Positions 57,342 to 64,000 of a stretch of DNA of 64,000 nucleotides are shown here, piece by piece (position 1 is the stretch's first letter; each line of letters opens with the position of its first letter). Made by a program: the position numbers and the translations under genes. Origin of the DNA: Candidatus Woesebacteria bacterium (GTDB lineage Bacteria > Patescibacteriota > Microgenomatia > UBA8517); contig DMZH01000002.1 in assembly GCA_003484955.1 (NCBI GenBank), forward strand, positions 78,825 through 142,824, given 5' to 3'. The notes under the pieces were generated by a model. It was not told the DNA's origin and ran no database searches. It was given only the letters and a program-made list of their open reading frames with translations.

Positions 57342-58391
57342 ATGATATCAACGCAGCCAATCTTAAGTTTCCGGTATTTTAAATTTAAAAAGAATAAACT
57401 TGCCGAAAATGTTAAACGTTTGTTCTATCTTTCCTGGGAGGACGCTTTCTGGGATATCCTACTCAAGAAAAAAGTACCTAAAGGATCATATGTTTTACTT
57501 CCCGATTTTTTTTGCGGTGACGTTGAGAGTAACATCAGATTGCATGGCTGCAAGCCGGTTTACTACAAAATCAATACCAACCTGACAGCAGACAAAAAAT
57601 CTTTTAAATCGAAAATCGACCGGGTTAAGCCAAGTGTGATCGTAATATTTCACCCTGTCGGGATAAAAAGCAATCTGATGGATGACCTAAAGTGGCTTAA
57701 AAAAATCACTGGAAGCTCAATCCTGATAGAGGACTCTGTTCATAGAATTGTTGATCCGGAAGAAATTAAAATTTTTAAAAAAGACCATTTTATTATCGAT
57801 AGTCTAAGGAAAGTAGTTCCCCTGCAGGGGTCAAATATTTATGGAAGAGTTGAAGATTTGGACTTTTCGGCACCCCCTTTTTACCAGTCGTTTTTTTATT
57901 CGATCAGGGTTAATCTGCTTTGGGCTTTAATGGTTTTAGGTTGGTCGTTAAGATTTGGTCGAATTGCGGAAAGGTTGATGCTAAGGGGATACTCCCTGAT
58001 AGGGGACTCAATGCTGCCTGCGCGGGGACCTTTCCCGGCAAACTTTTTAAGCTCCAGAATAAATACCGGGGAAATCCGGGATATTAGGAAACACCAAGCC
58101 ATTTATTACGAAAAAGAATTGGGCAAATTTCTACCCGTAAAAATAAGTCTTTCTGGTGAAGACCGTGCCAGCCTGCGTGCCTACCCAGTAATTTTAGACA
58201 AAGAATATGCCGGCTGGATTTTAAAGTTTTTAAGAACAAACGACCTTCTTGTCAGGTTTGAGTTGAATGATTCGGGCTGGTCCAGGAAACAAAAAATAAT
58301 TTATTTGCCACTTGGAATTCAAATGACCGAAAAGGAGCAAGGTACGGTCTGTGGTTTGGTTAAATCAGCGCTTTTAGGCTATCGGGCATAA
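57342..58391 (+). CDS. hypothetical protein, possible divergent DegT/DnrJ-like PLP-fold enzyme
   Basis: Weak, spaced similarity to sugar aminotransferases: VLLPDFFCGDV...GCKPVYYKIN...VIVIFHPVGI...ILIEDSVHRI...SLRKVVPLQGSNIYG with a candidate Lys. Confidence 0.3.
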   Translation: MISTQPILSFRYFKFKKNKLAENVKRLFYLSWEDAFWDILLKKKVPKGSYVLLPDFFCGDVESNIRLHGCKPVYYKINTNLTADKKSFKSKIDRVKPSVIVIFHPVGIKSNLMDDLKWLKKITGSSILIEDSVHRIVDPEEIKIFKKDHFIIDSLRKVVPLQGSNIYGRVEDLDFSAPPFYQSFFYSIRVNLLWALMVLGWSLRFGRIAERLMLRGYSLIGDSMLPARGPFPANFLSSRINTGEIRDIRKHQAIYYEKELGKFLPVKISLSGEDRASLRAYPVILDKEYAGWILKFLRTNDLLVRFELNDSGWSRKQKIIYLPLGIQMTEKEQGTVCGLVKSALLGYRA

Positions 58392-59222
58392 TTGTCATAT
58401 AATACCTTTATGCTTAGGGAGCAAGATAAGCCTGTCGGGGTTTTTGACTCGGGTCTTGGAGGTTTAACGGTAGTCAAAGAACTGACTAAAATTTTACCGC
58501 ATGAGAACCTGGTATATTTGGGCGATACCGCCAGGGTTCCTTACGGCCCGCGCGGAGTAGAAACAATTAAACGCTTTTCTGAAGAAAATACCAGATTTTT
58601 AATAGGAGAGAATGTCAAAGCGGTGGTGATTGCCTGCAACACATCTTCGGCGGTTGCGGCGGACTTCCTGAAAAGTACTTTTCCAAAAATTCCGATATTT
58701 GAAGTGATAAGCTCGGCTTCCAATGAGGCTTCGCGAGGTACCCGTTCTATTGGGGTTATCGGGACATACGGAACAGTAGGGAGTCATGCTTACGCTAAAA
58801 ATATTTCCAAAAATTTGTCCCGAACAAAAGTTATTGAAAAGGCGTGTCCCCTCTTTGTCCCGTTTATTGAGGAAGGGGAGATAGGGAGTAAAGCGCTAAA
58901 GCTGGTTGCAAAAGGGTACCTGTCGGAGCTTAAAAAACAAAAAGTAGGCACCTTGATTATGGGCTGCACCCATTACCCTATCATTAAAAATATTATTAGT
59001 GAAACAATGGGTAAGGGTGTTACCTTGATCAATCCCGGAAAATCTGTCGCAAAAGAAGTTTTTGATTTTTTAAAGAAAAATAATTTATTAAACAGGCAAA
59101 AAAAGAAGGGAACTGCCGACTTCTATGTTACGGACCTCACAGATAGATTCACAAAGGTTGCGGAAATGTTTCTAGGGAAAAAGATAAAAAATGATCTAAA
59201 AATCGCCAGGCTGACAAAATGA
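58392..59222 (+). CDS. murI: glutamate racemase
   Basis: PVGVFDSGLGGLTVVKEL...YLGDTARVPYGPRG...ACNTSS...GCTHYP. Confidence 0.9.
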   Translation: MSYNTFMLREQDKPVGVFDSGLGGLTVVKELTKILPHENLVYLGDTARVPYGPRGVETIKRFSEENTRFLIGENVKAVVIACNTSSAVAADFLKSTFPKIPIFEVISSASNEASRGTRSIGVIGTYGTVGSHAYAKNISKNLSRTKVIEKACPLFVPFIEEGEIGSKALKLVAKGYLSELKKQKVGTLIMGCTHYPIIKNIISETMGKGVTLINPGKSVAKEVFDFLKKNNLLNRQKKKGTADFYVTDLTDRFTKVAEMFLGKKIKNDLKIARLTK

Positions 59223-60148
59223 ACAAAAAACTAAAAGTAGCGGTACTAATGGGCGGCAAGTCATCGGAACATGAGGTATCGATAGTGTCCGGCAAAGAAG
59301 TTATAAAAAACTTAGACAAGAAGAAATATATGGTTTATCCTCTGGTAATTTCGAAAGACGGAAAAGGACTAAATAAAATTGTCAAAATTAATCCGGATAT
59401 CGCCTTTATAGCCCTTCACGGAAAATACGGAGAGGATGGAAAAATTCAAGGTTTCCTTGAAGTAATAGGTATTCCATACGTTGGTTCGGGCGTGCTTGCG
59501 TCCGCCATTGGAATGGATAAGGAAATTTTCCGAGAGTTGATGAATTTTCATAAAGTACCCATCCCCGAATATGTGTTTTTGAAGAAGGGTGAAAAATATC
59601 AAAGTGTTTATAAAACATTGGGTGCTCCGCCTTACTTTGTGAAACCGGTCGAGGGAGGTTCCTCGATAGGTGTTTCGCCGGCAAAAAATTTAAATGAGCT
59701 TAAAAAATCCATGAACCTGGCGTTTGAGTATGACAACAGAATTTTAGTGGATAAATATATAAAAGGAAGAGAGTTTACCTGTGCCGTTACGGGAAACGAT
59801 AAACCGATAGCACTTCCGGTCGTGGAAATAAAACCCCTGAAAGGGAGTTTTTTTGATTATGAATCAAAATATGCCGAAAGCGGTTCGGAAGAAATAGTTC
59901 CGGCTAGAATTTCGAAAACCCTTACGGAAAAAATCCAGAAAATCGCGTTGGAAGTTTATAGAATTGTCGGATGCCGTGGCTTTGGAAGAGTTGATTTTAT
60001 TTTAAAGGACGGCAGAACCCCTGTTGTTTTGGAAGTCAATACAATACCGGGACTTACGCCGATGTCTCTTTTTCCCAAGGCGGCAAAAGCGGCGGGTATT
60101 TCATATCCCCGTCTGCTTGATATGATCATCGACTTAGTCAAGTCGTAG
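59219..60148 (+). CDS. ddl: D-alanine--D-alanine ligase
   Basis: KVAVLMGGKSSEHEVSIVSGK and an ATP-grasp C-terminal domain. Confidence 0.9.
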   Translation: MNKKLKVAVLMGGKSSEHEVSIVSGKEVIKNLDKKKYMVYPLVISKDGKGLNKIVKINPDIAFIALHGKYGEDGKIQGFLEVIGIPYVGSGVLASAIGMDKEIFRELMNFHKVPIPEYVFLKKGEKYQSVYKTLGAPPYFVKPVEGGSSIGVSPAKNLNELKKSMNLAFEYDNRILVDKYIKGREFTCAVTGNDKPIALPVVEIKPLKGSFFDYESKYAESGSEEIVPARISKTLTEKIQKIALEVYRIVGCRGFGRVDFILKDGRTPVVLEVNTIPGLTPMSLFPKAAKAAGISYPRLLDMIIDLVKS

Positions 60149-60182
60149 AATCATCAGTCTTGCTGATGTAAAATGATTAAAG

Positions 60183-61403
60183 ATGCAATCGAAAAAAATT
60201 AACACCATCCTCAAATGGTGGGTGACCCCAAAGCTTCCTCCGGAAGATATATTTGCCAGGCATAATTTTGTCTCCCAATGGCTGACACATCCGATTAAAA
60301 GGAGACTTGCCAGAACCTACTTGAAGTATTTGCAAAAACATACGAATCTTAAAGTAATTGGCATTACAGGGAGTACCGGCAAGACCACCACTACCGAAAT
60401 TTTAGCGTCAATTCTCAGTAGAATCGGTAAAACTGTCTGGTCGGCAGAGGGGGTAGACCCTGTTTACAATATTCCCAACACGATTCTCAGAGCAACTCCG
60501 GACACAAAATATTTAATCCTCGAAATGTCAGTGGAATATGTAAACGAAATGGATTATTATCTCTGGCTTGCGAAGCCCGATATCGGAATTATAACCAACA
60601 TCGCTGTTACCCATACCCAATTTTTAGGGGACGAAAAAGGTGTTGCTTGTGAAAAAGGAAAGTTGATTAAAGGGTTATCCACGGGCGGAACAGCCATACT
60701 TAACAAAGAAGACAAACTGGTATGCTCACTGGGGAATGGATGGATATGTAAAGTCGCATTTTTTGGTAACACCGCCAATATTTATGCAAAAAATATCAGG
60801 TTGAATCCTGATTTGAGTACTAATTTTACCCTAGTAATTAATCAGAGTATAAAAACTGTTCATATGAAAGCCTTGGGAAGCCAGTTTGTGAGCAACGCCC
60901 TGGCTTCTGCCGCCGCCGCAGACAGTCTCGGTGTGGGCCTTAATCAAATTGTCCGGGGAATGGAACTTTTTAAGCCACCGACCCACAGGCTCAACATTTT
61001 TAGAAGTAAGCTGTATGGGATTATATTTGATGACAGCTATAACAGTAATCCTAAAGCGGCGAACGAATCCCTGGATACTTTTGAGGTAGTTTCCAAGGGT
61101 AAAAAGAAAATAGCTGTAATTGGAGACATGCTTGAGCTGGGTAAATTTGAGGAAAGCGCCCACAGAGAACTTGGCAAAAAAGTCGGAAAAATGAAATTTG
61201 ACTGCATTATCGGAGTCGGTAATGCCGCAAGATTTATGGTAGACGAAGCCTCCCGTGAGTGGGGAAATAAAAATTGCTTTTTAGTGGCAGATTATCTTGA
61301 GGCTTTGGAGATTGTTAAGCCAATTTTGGACAAAGATTCCGCCCTTTTTGTAAAGGGTTCACGCTCCATTCATCTTGACAAACTTGTTGATGCCTTAAAA
61401 TGA
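60183..61403 (+). CDS. murF: UDP-MurNAc-tripeptide--D-alanyl-D-alanine ligase
   Basis: VIGITGSTGKTTT. Mur ligase domains. Sits between ddl and mraY. Confidence 0.85.
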   Translation: MQSKKINTILKWWVTPKLPPEDIFARHNFVSQWLTHPIKRRLARTYLKYLQKHTNLKVIGITGSTGKTTTTEILASILSRIGKTVWSAEGVDPVYNIPNTILRATPDTKYLILEMSVEYVNEMDYYLWLAKPDIGIITNIAVTHTQFLGDEKGVACEKGKLIKGLSTGGTAILNKEDKLVCSLGNGWICKVAFFGNTANIYAKNIRLNPDLSTNFTLVINQSIKTVHMKALGSQFVSNALASAAAADSLGVGLNQIVRGMELFKPPTHRLNIFRSKLYGIIFDDSYNSNPKAANESLDTFEVVSKGKKKIAVIGDMLELGKFEESAHRELGKKVGKMKFDCIIGVGNAARFMVDEASREWGNKNCFLVADYLEALEIVKPILDKDSALFVKGSRSIHLDKLVDALK

Positions 61404-61429
61404 ATGCTGTTATAATCTAACTGATCCGT

Positions 61430-62479
61430 ATGACAAACTATTTAACTCTAAATTTGGGGCTTATAATTTTCTCCTTTCTTATCTGCGGTGTATTGATAGT
61501 CCCCTTTATTAATTTGCTTTATAGGTTGAAGCTTACAAGAAGGAAAGAGGCCCCGGAACACGGTAAAGTGCCTCTTTTTGATAAACTTCACGATATTAAA
61601 GAAGGAACTCCTGTAGGGGGTGGAATTTTGATTATTGCTGTAGTTACAATACTTTTTGCGATTTCTTTCCCGCTGGCATCATTTTTAGGACTTTTTGTCA
61701 GAAGTTCGTTTTCGCTGAGAGCGGAGCTTTTTGTAATATTTTTTGCCTTTATTTCTTTTGGGCTTCTTGGATTGTCCGATGATCTTTTGAAAGTTTTCAG
61801 CAAGCCCACAAAAGGCGTTTTAGGACTTTGGTTTGGCCTCAGACGCAGACAAAAATTCATTTTACAGTGGGTTCTGGGCCTTCTTTTGGGGTTTTTCATA
61901 TATAAATATTTAGGAGTTCATATAGTCAACATTCCCGGTTTTGATACGGTTTGGGATTTGGGCATATGGTATATACCGTTCTCGGCTTTTGTTATCGTCG
62001 CGTTTTCGAATGCTTTTAATATTACCGATGGGCTCGACGGACTTTCCACTGGGCTTTTGCTAATCTGCCTTGGCGTTTTTGAAATAATTGCGATCGGAAA
62101 TCTGGATACTCCACTTCTCTTCTTTATTTCACTCTGGGCGGGTGCTCTATTCGCGTTTTTGTACTTTAATGTTTGGCCGGCAAGGATTTTTCTGGGGGAT
62201 GCCGGAGCCCTTTCTTTCGGGGCAATGCTGGCGGTAATAGGTCTTATTACCGGAAAAATCTTGGCGCTTGTTGTTGTCGGAGGAATTTTTGTTATTGAAG
62301 CCACCACTTCTCTTATTCAAATTTTGGGTTGGAAATATTTGAAAAGACCCATCTTTCCTTTGGCTCCGATTCACCACACTTTTCTGGCAAGAGGCTGGAA
62401 AGAGCCCAAAATTGTTATACGTGCATGGATTCTGGGCCTTCTTTTGGGAGTGTTCGGACTCTGGCTGGCGACAATGTAA
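61430..62479 (+). CDS. mraY: phospho-N-acetylmuramoyl-pentapeptide transferase
   Basis: NAFNITDGLDGLSTG and a polytopic membrane layout. Confidence 0.9.
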   Translation: MTNYLTLNLGLIIFSFLICGVLIVPFINLLYRLKLTRRKEAPEHGKVPLFDKLHDIKEGTPVGGGILIIAVVTILFAISFPLASFLGLFVRSSFSLRAELFVIFFAFISFGLLGLSDDLLKVFSKPTKGVLGLWFGLRRRQKFILQWVLGLLLGFFIYKYLGVHIVNIPGFDTVWDLGIWYIPFSAFVIVAFSNAFNITDGLDGLSTGLLLICLGVFEIIAIGNLDTPLLFFISLWAGALFAFLYFNVWPARIFLGDAGALSFGAMLAVIGLITGKILALVVVGGIFVIEATTSLIQILGWKYLKRPIFPLAPIHHTFLARGWKEPKIVIRAWILGLLLGVFGLWLATM

Positions 62480-62490
62480 GTTTATCTTAA

Positions 62491-63597
62491 GTGAGAAATA
62501 GAAAACTGACACTTTCAAAGCAAAACAAGTCTTTTGACAATAAATTATTTTTTCTTGTCATAGCATTCGTTGTTCTGGGAATAATTGCGGTTGCCGATGT
62601 TTCGGCTCCGCAATCCTTAAGCAACTACGGAGATAAATTTTATTTGTTGAAGCAGCAAATTCTCTCAGCCGGTATCGGGATAGTGGCTTTTTTTGTTGTT
62701 TCGAGAATAAAATATACTTTTTGGGAAAAAATAGGAACACCACTTTTCTTTCTTTCTTTAATACTTCTTGTTCTGGTTTTGTTGCAGCGCTTTGGCATTT
62801 CGGCGCTTGGAGCCAGGCGCTGGATCAGTTTTGGCCCCGTTAACTTTCAGCCTTCGGAACTTGTAAAATTTACGGTTGCAATATATCTTGCCAAAGTTGC
62901 CGCAAGTAAAAAATCCCCGCTTGCGTATTTTATTCCACTAGTGCTAATCGCCGGACTTATCATGCTTCAGCCAGATTTAGGAACAACACTTGTAGTCCTG
63001 GTTATAGGATTTTCCCAGATTTTTGTGGCGGATGTAGGCCTTCTTTATGTCATAGGGGCAGCAGCGGCCGGTGGTTTGGCCACATTTTTGTTAATTATAG
63101 CCTCTCCCTACAGACGCGCCAGATTATCGACATTTTTGGAAAGTACAACTGACCCTCTGGGCAAGTCTTATCATATTAGACAGGTTCTTTTGGCGCTTGG
63201 TTCGGGAGGGATTTTTGGAGTTGGTTTTGGCGCATCACGCCAAAAATATTCATTTTTACCTGAAGCCTCAACAGACTCTATTTTTGCCGTAATTGCCGAG
63301 GAGTTGGGCTTGGTAGGTGCCTCGGTTATTATATTCCTTTTTATTTTTTTTGTGATTAGGGGACTCCGAATTGCCAAAAACGCGCCGGATAAATTCTCTT
63401 CAGTCCTTGCTGTCGGAATTTCGGCATGGATTGGCGGACAGGCATTTTTAAATATTGGCTCGATGGTTTCACTGGTTCCTTTAACCGGAATTCCCCTGCC
63501 GTTTTTTTCCTACGGTGGAAGCAGTTTGGTGATGATACTTTCCGCTTGCGGTATACTACTAAATATATCGAAGTTTACGACTCATGAGCAAAAATAG
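62491..63597 (+). CDS. ftsW: SEDS-family peptidoglycan glycosyltransferase FtsW/RodA
   Basis: 10 transmembrane helices and a C-terminal PLPFFSYGGSSLV motif. GTG start. Confidence 0.85.
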   Translation: MRNRKLTLSKQNKSFDNKLFFLVIAFVVLGIIAVADVSAPQSLSNYGDKFYLLKQQILSAGIGIVAFFVVSRIKYTFWEKIGTPLFFLSLILLVLVLLQRFGISALGARRWISFGPVNFQPSELVKFTVAIYLAKVAASKKSPLAYFIPLVLIAGLIMLQPDLGTTLVVLVIGFSQIFVADVGLLYVIGAAAAGGLATFLLIIASPYRRARLSTFLESTTDPLGKSYHIRQVLLALGSGGIFGVGFGASRQKYSFLPEASTDSIFAVIAEELGLVGASVIIFLFIFFVIRGLRIAKNAPDKFSSVLAVGISAWIGGQAFLNIGSMVSLVPLTGIPLPFFSYGGSSLVMILSACGILLNISKFTTHEQK

Positions 63598-64000
63598 ATT
63601 GGTTCTTACCGGCGGACATGCCGCAACAACCGCAGTTGCAGTTGTTGAGGAAATAAAATCGCAGAATAGAGATTGGAGACTCTACTGGATCGGGGTAAAA
63701 AATGCGATTGAGGGAAAAAAAGTTGTAACTCTGGAATCCGAAGTCTTGCCGCGGCTTGGCGTGAAATTTTTGCCATTGATCACGGGCAGGCTTCAGCGAA
63801 GGTTTACCGTGTGGACTATCCCGTCGTATTTGAAAATTCCGATAGGATTTGTTCAGTCTCTCTATTATCTAGTGAAGATCAAACCAAAGGCGGTACTTTC
63901 GTTTGGTGGATTTGCTTCTTTTCCCGTTGTATTTAATGCCAAGCTTTTGGGAATTCCGGTTATTATTCATGAACAAACCTCAGCCGCTGGACGGGCAAAT
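63584..64000 (+). CDS. murG: UDP-GlcNAc:undecaprenyl-PP-MurNAc-pentapeptide GlcNAc transferase MurG (5' partial, runs off the window)
   Basis: Not in the ORF track because it is open at the window end. ATG at 63584 overlaps the ftsW stop. Translation MSKNRLVLTGGHAATTAVAVVEE...IIHEQTS matches MurG. Confidence 0.8.
   Translation, partial: MSKNRLVLTGGHAATTAVAVVEEIKSQNRDWRLYWIGVKNAIEGKKVVTLESEVLPRLGVKFLPLITGRLQRRFTVWTIPSYLKIPIGFVQSLYYLVKIKPKAVLSFGGFASFPVVFNAKLLGIPVIIHEQTSAAGRAN

Overview
The window is low-GC, gene-dense bacterial DNA. Genes are short and overlap frequently, and GTG/TTG starts are common. A compact RecO and many small hypothetical genes make it look like a Patescibacteria/CPR-type genome; this is inference only. 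There are no rRNA or tRNA genes and no CRISPR array. The window has three parts.

1. Cell-envelope glycan island (about 1 to 31.7 kb). It encodes six family-1 (GT4) glycosyltransferases and five family-2 (GT2) glycosyltransferases. It also encodes five polytopic GT-C-type membrane glycosyltransferases of the ArnT/PMT kind, and one further membrane protein that is probably related. Other genes are a Wzx-like flippase, a Wzy/O-antigen-ligase-family protein, an initiating phosphoglycosyl transferase, GDP-mannose pyrophosphorylase and AsnB. A sugar-tailoring module holds a zinc-ribbon C-methyltransferase, an RmlD-like reductase, a SAM methyltransferase and a hexapeptide acetyltransferase. A RhuM-Doc/Fic toxin-like gene sits inside the island.

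2. Housekeeping block (31.7 to 42.7 kb). It holds a large exported DUF4012-like protein, recO, znuCB, a DEDD exonuclease, a cupin, a Cas4-like 4-Cys PD-(D/E)xK nuclease, an LCP ligase, TspO and glyQS.

3. Extended division/cell-wall (dcw) cluster (42.7 to 64 kb). It begins with a sigma70-like promoter and three 10-bp-phased AATGGT repeats that look like an MraZ operator. The gene order is mraZ, rsmH, ftsL, ftsI, murA, yvcK, glmS, murE (fused to a GlmU-type uridylyltransferase domain), murC, murB, murD, a divergent DegT-like gene, murI, ddl, murF, mraY, ftsW and murG (partial). A divergent HAD-GNAT fusion lies next to glmS and murE, and glmM is absent from the window.

The most interesting hypothesis is an alternative, eukaryote/archaea-like UDP-GlcNAc route: GlmS, then a GNAT acetylase plus HAD phosphomutase, then the uridylyltransferase domain fused to MurE. 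The second is a polyprenyl-phosphate-sugar-dependent, lipomannan-like glycan pathway with many GT-C paralogs. Slipped-strand repeats in a GT4 gene suggest possible phase variation.
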